Positions 25,761 through 34,911 of a stretch of 64,000 nt of DNA are shown in pieces. The stretch spans positions 1 to 64,000 of the IMG/VR virus record IMGVR_UViG_3300017791_000021; one strand, given 5' to 3'. Within the stretch, counting starts at the first letter, position 1; every line of letters begins with the position of its first letter. Below the pieces are notes generated by a model. That model saw only the letters and a program-made list of their open reading frames with translations, was not told the DNA's origin and ran no database searches. The stretch is from a virus (Duplodnaviria; Caudoviricetes). A program made the position numbers and the translations under genes.

Positions 25761-25804
25761 AGAAAACCCCTTAGATTTCCGGTTGGATTTCTAAGGGGTT
25801 TTCT
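25761..25804. terminator. Bidirectional terminator
   Basis: AGAAAACCCCTTAGA...TCTAAGGGGTTTTCT. Confidence 0.8.
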
Positions 25805-25818
25805 GTTTTGATTATTGT

Positions 25819-26088
25819 TTAATTTCCGGTCAGGAGTTCATCCCAATTAACGTTTTCTACGTTCTGTCGCGCTGCATGAAGTGCTTCCAGGAACAGGTGG
25901 AGATAATCAAGCTCTTCCCCAGTAATTACGATATCAATAGTGTGGCCTGGTTCATCCAGGGTTATGCCTATGCGGTCGATATCGTATGCAGAAAGGGTTA
26001 GTCCTGAATCAAACTCAGCAACCAGTCCTTCCCCAGCTAATAGGTTATCGACCATCTCATCAAAAACTTGTTCGTTAGACAACGCCAT
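25819..26088 (-). CDS. Acidic hypothetical protein
   Basis: RBS GGGGAG. Confidence 0.65.
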   Translation of the reverse strand: MALSNEQVFDEMVDNLLAGEGLVAEFDSGLTLSAYDIDRIGITLDEPGHTIDIVITGEELDYLHLFLEALHAARQNVENVNWDELLTGN

Positions 26089-26248
26089 CTCCCCAACAAT
26101 CTAGGCAATCTGCATCTAGTTCTCTATCCAATCCAGTACCGAAGCAGGCTGGACAAGGCTTGGAATCCTCAAACTCATAATCTTCCAGGAAATCTGACTC
26201 GTCCTCAAAGAACTCGTCCGTGTCATATTCCTCAATTTGCTGAGTCAT
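26075..26248 (-). CDS. Small acidic protein with DnaJ-type zinc finger
   Basis: MTQQIEE...CPACFGTG...CLDCWGDG; RBS AAGGA; below the ORF-track cutoff. Confidence 0.65.
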   Translation of the reverse strand: MTQQIEEYDTDEFFEDESDFLEDYEFEDSKPCPACFGTGLDRELDADCLDCWGDGVV

Positions 26249-26266
26249 GTAGTTACTATTGTTCCT

Positions 26267-27754
26267 TTACTCGAATGATTCTACGTCTAGTATTTGTGCC
26301 ATGTAATCATCGGCTGGTTGAGCCGCTGGAAGTTCTCTGAGAGCCTGTGTGTTTCCCATCTCTCCAAAGATTCTATCTACGATTCCAGCCTGACCATTCT
26401 GCTTGGCTGTAACAGTAAGCGAGAAACCCTCTTGTTCCATGTCATGCTTGGTCTTCAACAGCTTCATCACGCGATCAATTTCACCTGACAGGATCGGATC
26501 AGCGTGTCCACCTTCCATATCTTCAGCCATTTTCATGAGAAGAACGCGCTGTGCCTGCATTTCTACAAGCGTATCCATAAGAGCCTGCGCTTGCTCCTTC
26601 GTACGGATAGTGATGGGGATATCATACGCGCAAGTTGAGTTTTCTTCAAACATAGGACACTTTGAAGCTAGGAAACAGGTGTCACAGATGCGCATTGAAT
26701 TACTTCTGCTCTTGACCAGAGGAACATCTACGTCCTCCATCTCACCTGTGTTCTTGTTACGCTTTCTCTCCACGGACATTTCAATTCCGAGGATGGGAAG
26801 TACTCTCTTTTCACTCACATCACGTGGGATCGGAGTTGATACTCTGTTCCGCACTGGCTCTATAACACCACCAACTGCGTCATCATAGTTTTCCGTAAAG
26901 TCGTCACCATGCGAAATCATGGATGTAGTTACTCCTCTTGCTCTTTTGTCATTAATTGAGTCAACAAACTGTGACCAGGACCACAATGAAAGACGTAAAA
27001 GTTCCTTAGGATCTTCAGCTAGTATCTTTTCTACATCAAATCCTGCGGCCTCAATGACGAATCTTTCCTTACGTCTAGCCTGTTCCTTCTGTTCCTTGGA
27101 ATAGCTCTTCAATTGATTGTGAGACCAGACGAATGTGGCTCCATACTTCTGAGGAGAAACCCAAGAGGTTGACGAAACTGAAGTCCATCTAACCGCCTGC
27201 ATTATATCTTGCTTAGTCATAGCCAATCCATGGAGTTCTACTCCAGCATCAGCCAAACGGTTAAGGATGGGTACGAGATCTCTACCCTTTAGATGAGTCT
27301 GTGAGACTCCTACACGGCCGAACTTCTCACCTAGGCGGTATAACTCATCTAGTCCGTCATCCTCTCGCCAAATAGGCAGGAACTTATCGAACATCAGCTC
27401 TCGTGCAGATTCACGATGACTCTCAATGAATGACTTACCCAATTGCAAAGCATCAAATTCTGAGTAGATTTCGATATTATCGATGTTTTGCTCTACCCAT
27501 GAGTAATAATGCTCAGCTATTTCCTTTAATTCTGCATTTGTGTACTTCTGTTCCTTGGCATTGTTCAAGGTTTGACATCCCGAATCCACAAAGAGAGAAT
27601 GTCCCTCTGGGAAATACTTGGACACCAACCATGGCTTACCAAAGTTAGTACGATTACGTAACCCTAAATAGGACAGGGAGCTACTTCCCACCCCGGTTTC
27701 CTTAATAAGGTTCCGATAGGTGGGAAGATGGGCTCCCTGGAAATATAACTTAAT
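26267..27754 (-). CDS. TGT/DpdA-like (tRNA-guanine transglycosylase fold) protein fused to a Cys4 and coiled-coil domain
   Basis: LYFQG..SLSY..LFVDSG..EFD..FLPIW..LHGL..SVSSTSW..YG motif series; CDTC..C..C region; likely ATT start at 27754 (first canonical start GTG 27691). Confidence 0.68.
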   Translation of the reverse strand: MKLYFQGAHLPTYRNLIKETGVGSSSLSYLGLRNRTNFGKPWLVSKYFPEGHSLFVDSGCQTLNNAKEQKYTNAELKEIAEHYYSWVEQNIDNIEIYSEFDALQLGKSFIESHRESARELMFDKFLPIWREDDGLDELYRLGEKFGRVGVSQTHLKGRDLVPILNRLADAGVELHGLAMTKQDIMQAVRWTSVSSTSWVSPQKYGATFVWSHNQLKSYSKEQKEQARRKERFVIEAAGFDVEKILAEDPKELLRLSLWSWSQFVDSINDKRARGVTTSMISHGDDFTENYDDAVGGVIEPVRNRVSTPIPRDVSEKRVLPILGIEMSVERKRNKNTGEMEDVDVPLVKSRSNSMRICDTCFLASKCPMFEENSTCAYDIPITIRTKEQAQALMDTLVEMQAQRVLLMKMAEDMEGGHADPILSGEIDRVMKLLKTKHDMEQEGFSLTVTAKQNGQAGIVDRIFGEMGNTQALRELPAAQPADDYMAQILDVESFE

Positions 27755-27756
27755 GG

Positions 27757-28758
27757 CTAGTCTCCCAATCTCAACTGTGTATTGTTAGATCCTCTTTGCT
27801 GTCTAACTTGCTGCTGACGCTGAATTGCCCACGCTTCTAGCTGGGAACCACGTGCAGCAATTCCGCCTGGCTGGACATTACGAGAACCAGTAGTAAATGT
27901 ATTTGGTCTAGGCTGACGCGCTGTCAGGTTTGCGAGCGGCTGTGTAGATGACCCTTCAGGATGTACATGCTGAGGGAACTGAGGGCCTGTAACGCTGCCT
28001 GAGCGTGTGGGAGCAGTCGTAGGGGCAGAAGGGGTAGGTCCGCTACTGAAAGACGCTGTAGCGCTCCCCTGAGGGCCGCTAGCGGGCTTCTGAGGCTTGA
28101 ACTGACTGGAGAACGTAGCCTGAGGAATCCCCTGAGGCTTCACAGAAGGTGTGTGAGCCTGCGGAGCACTGGAGAATGACGGAGTTAGCGACGGAACGCT
28201 AGGCGTACTAGTGGTATTCACTGGCCCTCCCTTAGCTGCTGTCTTATTCATCTGCTTCTGCTGTTGAATAGCCTGACCGTGTGCATAGTTTCTTTGCTGT
28301 TGCTGAACTCTGAATTGGGCTGCCTGGTAATTCAAAGCCTGACCATGAGCAAAGTTACGCTGTTGCTGCATTGTCTTAGCACTTGCCGCAGTAGCCTTAG
28401 CCTGTGCTTTCTGCTGTGGAGTTGTTCCCATAGCAAAGGTACGTGGTGGTGCACCCTGCGCAGGCGCTACTCTACCAGACTTTACACCCTGTGCGTGAGC
28501 CGCAGCAGCCTTCTTGGCGGCTGTCTGTTGCGCCTTCTGGTTCTTGGCGTATGCTGCCTGTCCCTGCTTGATTCCCTGAGCTGCGCTTTGTGCAAACTTC
28601 TGGCGATTAGTAGCAGTTTGCTTTACCTGAGCTACATGAGCATCAGCGAATTGCTTACTCTTGGTGTTCAAGCTCTTCTGTGCCTGAGCAAAGACATTGT
28701 GGTGGAACTGTCCGCCCAAATGGGCTACAGCTCCTAGATCTGGAATATTTGCTGCCAT
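27757..28758 (-). CDS. Low-complexity Gln/Ala/Pro/Ser-rich basic protein
   Basis: 333-aa ORF with RBS AAGGA; almost no acidic residues; internal repeat QQQRN(F/Y)AHGQA. Confidence 0.75.
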   Translation of the reverse strand: MAANIPDLGAVAHLGGQFHHNVFAQAQKSLNTKSKQFADAHVAQVKQTATNRQKFAQSAAQGIKQGQAAYAKNQKAQQTAAKKAAAAHAQGVKSGRVAPAQGAPPRTFAMGTTPQQKAQAKATAASAKTMQQQRNFAHGQALNYQAAQFRVQQQQRNYAHGQAIQQQKQMNKTAAKGGPVNTTSTPSVPSLTPSFSSAPQAHTPSVKPQGIPQATFSSQFKPQKPASGPQGSATASFSSGPTPSAPTTAPTRSGSVTGPQFPQHVHPEGSSTQPLANLTARQPRPNTFTTGSRNVQPGGIAARGSQLEAWAIQRQQQVRQQRGSNNTQLRLGD

Positions 28759-28767
28759 AGTATTTCC

Positions 28768-29265
28768 TTAGAAGTCTAGAAGTCGTGTATCTGTCGCTCT
28801 GGCCTCTTGCTGTCTTATCTTTTCTTCCAGCAAATTATTCCAAGGAGTAGGTTCGGTGGAATGTCCAGGACGGAAATCAGGGTGTGTGTACTGCGGATGT
28901 AGGAATAGCATTGTAGGAATCTGTGCTCTGAGCAATGCTGTTGCTGCATCGGTATCAGATTCATAAACGAGTCCTAGCGGTCCCTGCTTTCTCAAACGGG
29001 CAATCTGGCGTAGTCGTCTCTTGCCTGTATCTTCAGGATCGGTCTCATCCCAATAGATCTCATTTACGTGATCGATAAGAGAATTCATAAGCAGCCAGTA
29101 CTGAACCTTTTCCTTAGCTGCACTATCAATAATGAGAGAAACCCTGTGATCCTTGACCAGAGACTTATAAATCAGTAGTCCTGGAATGATGACAGATGAG
29201 TCGTTTGGCTGTCTTAGGATGCCGTTAACAACTATAGCTACGTGATTTCCCCATGATTCACCCAT
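28768..29265 (-). CDS. Hypothetical protein, degenerate HAD-like
   Basis: AIVVNGIL resembles HAD motif I without the Asp residues; RBS AGGAG. Confidence 0.65.
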   Translation of the reverse strand: MGESWGNHVAIVVNGILRQPNDSSVIIPGLLIYKSLVKDHRVSLIIDSAAKEKVQYWLLMNSLIDHVNEIYWDETDPEDTGKRRLRQIARLRKQGPLGLVYESDTDAATALLRAQIPTMLFLHPQYTHPDFRPGHSTEPTPWNNLLEEKIRQQEARATDTRLLDF

Positions 29266-29274
29266 TTAATTCTC

Positions 29275-30117
29275 CTAGTTAATTATCTCATTAAGTGCGT
29301 TTACTACTCCATGCTGCTTTGCGTGCTGCCACTGGAAGTTATAGAAGTCTCCATATCCTTCTCCCTGGTTCGAAAAAGCCATCTTTCTACCCAAATGGAG
29401 CGCGTCAAAGAGATTTTGCGCCTCTGTTCGTACCAAAGCTTTATGTCTAGCATTATTAACATCTTGTGGGCTCCCAGGTCTCAGGGTTGCACCTTCTCTA
29501 CGAATAGCGTTATAGCGTTCCACTAGAGCTTCAGCAGACTGCTTATTGGCTTCTGCTTGAATATAGTAGTCTGTCGGATAAGCTTCTCCAGGCTGTTCAG
29601 ACAGTCTTGGCGGTTTAATGGTCCACTGATTCTTTGTCAAATTGTAGGCAGCATATGGATGAATATTGGCAATAGAGTTATCAGTACCCTCCACGTTATC
29701 GTTAAGGAAGAATGTCAACTCATATTCTCCCATGCCAAAGTAAGTGTGAGCTGTTACTGGCCAGAGGTTTCGACGTAGATCTGTAGTGATGTATTCAGCT
29801 ATTTCGTGTCGGTCGGAGTACATGAATTCTGGATTGTCTGAGACGAATCGGGAGTAGTCAATCCCGAACAGTACATCCAGATCACCATTACCGCGATTTG
29901 CCGCCCACTGGAAACTAATTCCACTACCTGCCAGCCAAACCATAGACCACTCGCTAGGGTTGTTGTAATGAGAAGCCATGTAATCCATGTATATACGGAG
30001 GATAGTTTCTCTGACATCGGGTCTTAGGTGCTCACCTTCGAATAGATTCGGGTCAAGAATGTTGGAGGGACGGCTGAAATAGCTACTCGCCCCTAACTCA
30101 ATGCGTATATCGTTCAT
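29275..30117 (-). CDS. Pol-beta-superfamily nucleotidyltransferase-like protein
   Basis: WLAGSGISFQW...GDLDVLF...YELTFF (GS, DxD and third acidic residue). Confidence 0.72.
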   Translation of the reverse strand: MNDIRIELGASSYFSRPSNILDPNLFEGEHLRPDVRETILRIYMDYMASHYNNPSEWSMVWLAGSGISFQWAANRGNGDLDVLFGIDYSRFVSDNPEFMYSDRHEIAEYITTDLRRNLWPVTAHTYFGMGEYELTFFLNDNVEGTDNSIANIHPYAAYNLTKNQWTIKPPRLSEQPGEAYPTDYYIQAEANKQSAEALVERYNAIRREGATLRPGSPQDVNNARHKALVRTEAQNLFDALHLGRKMAFSNQGEGYGDFYNFQWQHAKQHGVVNALNEIIN

Positions 30118-30193
30118 GCGTCAATCCTACCGTAGAAAGAAGAAAAAGGGAATCCCTCCAAGTGTATCGGAGAGATTCCCTTTAATCTTGTGG

Positions 30194-31126
30194 TTAAGAG
30201 CCGTAAGCCAGTGTGAACAGCAGCTTCCAACCCTTAGGACCGATAGCAGGATCAGACTTTACACCAGGGTCATTAAGACCGTGCTTCTCGTTGAATCCAG
30301 CCACAGCGGACTGTGTTTTAGGTCCATAGTTGTTGGACAGAGTGACGTTCTTAGCCATCCATCCTGTAGCCTTCAGGGCCTTCTGTAGGGGCTGTGCGGA
30401 AGGGTTGCTCTTCCCTGGTGCCAACCCTGCTGGGAAGGCTGGAGGAGTGTACACAGGAGGCTTTGGCTTAGGTGGTGTGGGTGGGGTAGGAGTAGGCGGA
30501 TTCACAATCAGCTTGGCAAATGCTAGCAGTCTTGCAAATGGTAGCGCTCCAGGATCACCGTGGTAATTCTCAGGTACATGCTCATGTCCACAAATTCCAC
30601 GGAATACAGCCCACTGTGCCTGAGTCATACGGACACCGTTGTTAGTTCCATAAGAAGCTGGATATGCTTCCCAATTAGGAACTCCAGAAAGAGGAACGTT
30701 ATGGTTCTCATTAGCCCAAGCAAGGAACTTAGCAAGCTCCTTCAAAGCCCAGTCAGGAGCCTCAGGCCAGTAAATGTGTGGAGTCTTTATTCCCCACTTG
30801 TTGTGAGTAGCAGGATCACAAGTTCCTACTAGCTCAATCTGACATACGTTATTGGTGTTTGTTGCTGGCTGTCCAGAAGCATGAACAAGCGCACGTGAAG
30901 ATTCGTCAAAGTCATAGTGCTGATGCCATACTAGCTTTTCGTTCTTGAAATCAGGGACAGCGGTAAAGTTAGGAGCAACAGCACCACTGTTGTAATCAGT
31001 AAGGGTAGGTCCCTCAGTAGTGTGGAGAACAATACAGTTTACTTCCTGCTTGTCTCCAGGATAATTATTGTGGTACCACTCGTCTAATACGGCACCAGGG
31101 TACTTCTGTGGTCCGGACATTGTCAT
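30194..31126 (-). CDS. Endolysin: N-acetylmuramoyl-L-alanine amidase plus peptidoglycan-binding domain
   Basis: VLHTTEG, QIELVG, GHEHVPENYHGDPG; Pro linker; LQKAL..YGPKT..AV..F..G.IGPK.W. Confidence 0.92.
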   Translation of the reverse strand: MTMSGPQKYPGAVLDEWYHNNYPGDKQEVNCIVLHTTEGPTLTDYNSGAVAPNFTAVPDFKNEKLVWHQHYDFDESSRALVHASGQPATNTNNVCQIELVGTCDPATHNKWGIKTPHIYWPEAPDWALKELAKFLAWANENHNVPLSGVPNWEAYPASYGTNNGVRMTQAQWAVFRGICGHEHVPENYHGDPGALPFARLLAFAKLIVNPPTPTPPTPPKPKPPVYTPPAFPAGLAPGKSNPSAQPLQKALKATGWMAKNVTLSNNYGPKTQSAVAGFNEKHGLNDPGVKSDPAIGPKGWKLLFTLAYGS

Positions 31127-31130
31127 ATAA

Positions 31131-31487
31131 TCACACTCTCAACTTACTTGGATCAATTAGGGAGGCTACTCGTGAAGCCTCTTGCTGTTGCTGCATTTGG
31201 AACTGCATCTGTGCAGCTCGCTGCTCCATCATAATGATTGTGGACATAGCAGACTGCTGAACCTGACATCCCATTTGAACATTGGCGCAACCACCAACAA
31301 TGTCATCCATGGTAGCCGTTCTCTCCATAGAGAGATCCTTGTCCGCGAAATCAGCATAAGCAGCCCACTGACCATTGCTGTCCTGGACAATAAGAAAAGC
31401 TGTAGTAACCTCTTCAGCTCCAGAATCCTTATCAGCAAGTAATTCGGCGGCCTGCTTCTTCTGTAGCTCTTCTAGGTCAATTGTCAT
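31131..31487 (-). CDS. Hypothetical protein
   Basis: RBS GGAG; Gln-rich C-terminus. Confidence 0.7.
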   Translation of the reverse strand: MTIDLEELQKKQAAELLADKDSGAEEVTTAFLIVQDSNGQWAAYADFADKDLSMERTATMDDIVGGCANVQMGCQVQQSAMSTIIMMEQRAAQMQFQMQQQQEASRVASLIDPSKLRV

Positions 31488-31652
31488 CCGTTGTACTCCA
31501 ATTTGGTTTACCTTCAGTTATTTCCAGTTTAAGCCCTGCCCAATAATAGGTAGATTTACCTTTATCAGCTAGGACTTGAGTAGCAATTGCAATAAAGTTA
31601 TCTCGCATGAAATCGAGAACCTTATCATCAATTTCCGTGAACTCATACGCCA

Positions 31653-32213
31653 TTACTTTCGTAGCTCCAGCTTAACGGATTGGTGATACGGGCAGTATTC
31701 GCAAATAAAGCTCTTCTTGATCTTAGTCTCATCGTACGTAGGAAGTCCAGCAATCTTACGCTCACGAGAGGTATTAGGCTTGATTTCCATGTTGTGATTT
31801 AGATAGTCGTTGCACTTAGGAGATGTGTTTGACTTGAATGCCGGACGATTGTGTCTCTGGTAGCAAGCCAGGGCATCTTCCTTAAAGGTATTGGTGGTGT
31901 CATAGAACTCGTCATCAAAACCGGTCTTTCCATTACCCTCTAGAATCTGATCAATGATCTGCTTCTTATACTGAGGGTCCTTGAAATGACGAGTAGGAAC
32001 AAAGCCAAGAGACATCCACTCAAGAATGTTGCGGTCTTCAAATGATGGGTGACGACGGAGGTGAATTTCTATGATATGACCAATACGCGGATCATTGTCT
32101 GCGTTATCCGGGTCATAATCCGGAATTTCTTCGATCTTCTTACATGGCCAACAAATAAGCAAACCAGTCTTGTGTACTGACTTGTCCTTATATGGGTCAA
32201 ACGTGTCTGTCAT
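31653..32213 (-). CDS. Hypothetical zinc-binding protein
   Basis: CWPC..H..H and C..H..C..CEYC. Confidence 0.72.
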   Translation of the reverse strand: MTDTFDPYKDKSVHKTGLLICWPCKKIEEIPDYDPDNADNDPRIGHIIEIHLRRHPSFEDRNILEWMSLGFVPTRHFKDPQYKKQIIDQILEGNGKTGFDDEFYDTTNTFKEDALACYQRHNRPAFKSNTSPKCNDYLNHNMEIKPNTSRERKIAGLPTYDETKIKKSFICEYCPYHQSVKLELRK

Positions 32214-32299
32214 CTAGTAGTCCTTTTGTATTTCGTCTGGTTCAACCATCTCATCTTAACAGAAAAAGGCTCCCCAGTCTATCCTAGGGAGCCTCCTTC

Positions 32300-32902
32300 T
32301 TAGTAGTTCACAGTGATAGTAAGAACTTCACCAGGAAAGATCAAGTTGGGATTATTCCCAATGACCTTCTTGTTTGTCTTGTATATCTTGTGCCAGTCTA
32401 CATTGAAGTACCAACCAATGAAGGACAGTGTGTCGCCTTCCTTTATGCGGTAGGTGAACGTGGTGTGCACGTTATTCTTCGGGGCGCTCTGAGTGGTCTC
32501 AGGAGCCTTGTAAGTCTTCTCAGGTGCCTTATGTACGGAGGAGCGACGTTCGGCGCTTCTAGACCCCGTAGAGTCGCTTGGTGAGCTATTCCCACTGCGG
32601 AAGCAGTTAGGCCAAGCTCCAGGGCCTTGCGAATTCAGGACTTTCTCAGCAATTGCAACCTGCTGAGAGGGTGTAGCGTTGTAAGCGTGCTGAGCATACT
32701 TACCTCCGCCATAGGATAGCCATGTGGAATTGAGGAACTGTAGTCCCCCTTCAAACATTCCGGCCGTATCATGCCAATTACCACTGGATTCACACTGAGC
32801 TATAGCGTTCCAGTCAGCAGAGCTTGCGTTAGCTGTAGTAGCAATACTCGCCAGACCAGCCGCGATTGCGGTAGTGGCAACAATCTTTTGTGTCTTGTTC
32901 AT
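32300..32902 (-). CDS. rpf: Resuscitation-promoting factor (Rpf) transglycosylase with LysM, secreted
   Basis: Signal peptide; WNAIAQCESSGNW, GGLQF..TW..YGG, QQVAIAEKVL..QGPGAWPNC; LysM YRIKEGDTLS..NPNLIFPG. Confidence 0.93.
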   Translation of the reverse strand: MNKTQKIVATTAIAAGLASIATTANASSADWNAIAQCESSGNWHDTAGMFEGGLQFLNSTWLSYGGGKYAQHAYNATPSQQVAIAEKVLNSQGPGAWPNCFRSGNSSPSDSTGSRSAERRSSVHKAPEKTYKAPETTQSAPKNNVHTTFTYRIKEGDTLSFIGWYFNVDWHKIYKTNKKVIGNNPNLIFPGEVLTITVNY

Positions 32903-33391
32903 TTACTTAACCCTTCCAAAGGAGATGCTTGCGTGAGATTCCCAGTACTTCGAGTAAATAACTTCCTTGCGGACCTTAGCACCGGAATAGGGGGCAGCTA
33001 TCATTGTGGAATGGTGATTGATAACGCCGATGTAGATACCAACATGGTAAACATGATGAGTACCCTTATAGGAGAAAAATACTAGATCTCCAGGCTTACG
33101 ATTCTTCCAAGCGATATGCGTTGTAGTGTTGTACTGCTGTTGAGCGGTGCGGGAGATCTTCTTTCCCGCTTTCTTGTAGGAATACTGCGTAAGACCAGAA
33201 CAATCGAAACTGTTCGGTCCTGTAGCACCAGAATGGTAAGGATCACCAATCTTGGACTTAGCCACCTTAACAGCGGCTGGTGCGTAGTTTACTGCTGCGG
33301 AAGCATCAGGTGCAAGTGCTAGACCTGAGCCAACCAGCGAAGCAATCATGGTGCTGGTAACAACTGCACGCTTTCCTATACTACTGGACAT
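32903..33391 (-). CDS. NlpC/P60 cell-wall peptidase, secreted
   Basis: Signal peptide; GATGPNSFDCSGL, PGDLVFF, HVGIYIG. Confidence 0.92.
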   Translation of the reverse strand: MSSSIGKRAVVTSTMIASLVGSGLALAPDASAAVNYAPAAVKVAKSKIGDPYHSGATGPNSFDCSGLTQYSYKKAGKKISRTAQQQYNTTTHIAWKNRKPGDLVFFSYKGTHHVYHVGIYIGVINHHSTMIAAPYSGAKVRKEVIYSKYWESHASISFGRVK

Positions 33392-33464
33392 GGATAGTCC
33401 AATCTCTAGACAATAAGGACGGTTCTTACAAATCAAATGTCTTTGTTCTGTAACAACTGACCTA

Positions 33465-33508
33465 AGACTACAGCCCCTGACCGACATCTGTCAACTCAGG
33501 GGCTGTGG
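33465..33508 (-). promoter_or_regulatory. Promoter of the NlpC/Rpf pair embedded in an inverted repeat
   Basis: TTGACA-18-TAGTCT; ACAGCCCCTGA/TCAGGGGCTGT arms flank the -35. Confidence 0.6.
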
Positions 33509-33526
33509 TGCAATGTTAGGAAAGTA

Positions 33527-33811
33527 CTACCAAGTCTGTCCTAGAACGCCATCATCTTCAAGTCTTTCCAGCTTGTTCTTGTAGAAATCAGGGGTTGTGA
33601 CAGTCTGTAGACGCGCTGGTACACGCATTTCACGCGCCATACCAACACCGTAGTACGGAAGACTCAGTTGCTCACGTGCATCATAGGTCAAGTTCTGAAT
33701 CTTGTCATCTGTGTCTGCGCACTCTACATTGGGGCGGATCTTCTTGTAAAGTCCGTCAGTTGCTCCCTCATTAAGGGATGCATTCATTGATCTTAGTCGT
33801 GGATAAGCCAT
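33527..33811 (-). CDS. Hypothetical protein
   Basis: Abutting operon ORF. Confidence 0.65.
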   Translation of the reverse strand: MAYPRLRSMNASLNEGATDGLYKKIRPNVECADTDDKIQNLTYDAREQLSLPYYGVGMAREMRVPARLQTVTTPDFYKNKLERLEDDGVLGQTW

Positions 33812-34000
33812 TTACTGAGCCTTTCTAGGTCTGCCTGCCTTGCCCTTGGCTACCTTTACAGGCTTTACAGCCTTATAGGTTGCAGCAGACGCGGCTGTAA
33901 CTTTCTTCGGATTCTTCGCTGAGCCAACAGTTCTCTTGTCTGTGGCACGTCTCGGAGCAGCTACTTTCTTTGCTGCTGCCTTCTTGATTGGTTCTGCCAT
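33812..34000 (-). CDS. Small Lys/Ala-rich histone-like protein
   Basis: KKAAAKKVAAP repeats, C-terminal AT-hook-like GRPRK; RBS AGGAG. Confidence 0.7.
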   Translation of the reverse strand: MAEPIKKAAAKKVAAPRRATDKRTVGSAKNPKKVTAASAATYKAVKPVKVAKGKAGRPRKAQ

Positions 34001-34011
34001 TTGTACTCCTA

Positions 34012-34341
34012 TTAAGGAAGAGAAGGATTCTGGGGATAACTTGTACCACCATAGCCAGACTCTGTTCCAGAGAAGTCACCAAAGTTGGAAGAGAAGGAGT
34101 CATCTACAACAAGAATATCGGCAATTCCTGGTGGATAGCTTCTATAACCAAATCGATTGGGAATCTTTCCGATATTAGGAATTGGCGGTCTTCTATTTGC
34201 AGCCTCAGCGGTAGCATTATCTAATAACTGTTGCTGGACAAGTTGTTCCTGCATGGACTGGAAAGGGCGAGTCCAGTTATATATTGAGTTATTGCCCTGT
34301 TCGCGCTTATCAGGATTGTAATTGGTATTCTGCTTTTCCAT
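34012..34341 (-). CDS. Hypothetical low-complexity protein
   Basis: TAATG-coupled ORF. Confidence 0.6.
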   Translation of the reverse strand: MEKQNTNYNPDKREQGNNSIYNWTRPFQSMQEQLVQQQLLDNATAEAANRRPPIPNIGKIPNRFGYRSYPPGIADILVVDDSFSSNFGDFSGTESGYGGTSYPQNPSLP

Positions 34342-34904
34342 TAGAGACTCATCCCACTTCCTGTTTGACTCCAACCAGGTAGATTGTACTTTGAGTGGAA
34401 GGCTCTTACGTTAGGGGACACTACCTTCATTTGTGGATCGAAAGCAATATTCAGTTCCTGTGCGAATTGCTTTGCTTCCTCATTAGTAATGTACTTACCA
34501 CCATGAGCTAGTCTTTCCGCTGGATTACCTTGAGCAGCATATCTATGCTTATCTCCTGCCATGCGTCTCTCCAGAGAAGAGTAAGGAGTCAAATCATCCG
34601 GCCAGAAGTAATCTGTTGGTGAGATTCGTGATCCTTTGTGCACCCCTCTGGTATAGCTACGGGCATTATTTCGTACGGTTTGTAGAAGCTTATCCTGACG
34701 TCTATCAACGACAGAGCCTAGATAACCATCAGGATATTGTGCCTCTGGAGTCTTGCCTGTAGCTGCGGCTAGTCTAGCATCAAGGATAGAGCGGAAGCCA
34801 GAGATAGGCATTCCTCCGCCACCACCATACTGTGTGACAGAGCCTTGCTGTCCTACAGGTGGATTGTAACTGACGTTATTCATACCTGCAACTGAACTAG
34901 GCAT
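34341..34904 (-). CDS. Hypothetical protein
   Basis: YPDGYLG..RGVHKG motif. Confidence 0.7.
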   Translation of the reverse strand: MPSSVAGMNNVSYNPPVGQQGSVTQYGGGGGMPISGFRSILDARLAAATGKTPEAQYPDGYLGSVVDRRQDKLLQTVRNNARSYTRGVHKGSRISPTDYFWPDDLTPYSSLERRMAGDKHRYAAQGNPAERLAHGGKYITNEEAKQFAQELNIAFDPQMKVVSPNVRAFHSKYNLPGWSQTGSGMSL

Positions 34905-34911
34905 AATTCCT

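Noticed and set aside
33392-33526. c-di-AMP (ydaO) riboswitch upstream of the NlpC/Rpf genes
   Set aside because: The leader is short and AT-rich and lacks recognisable ydaO conserved segments
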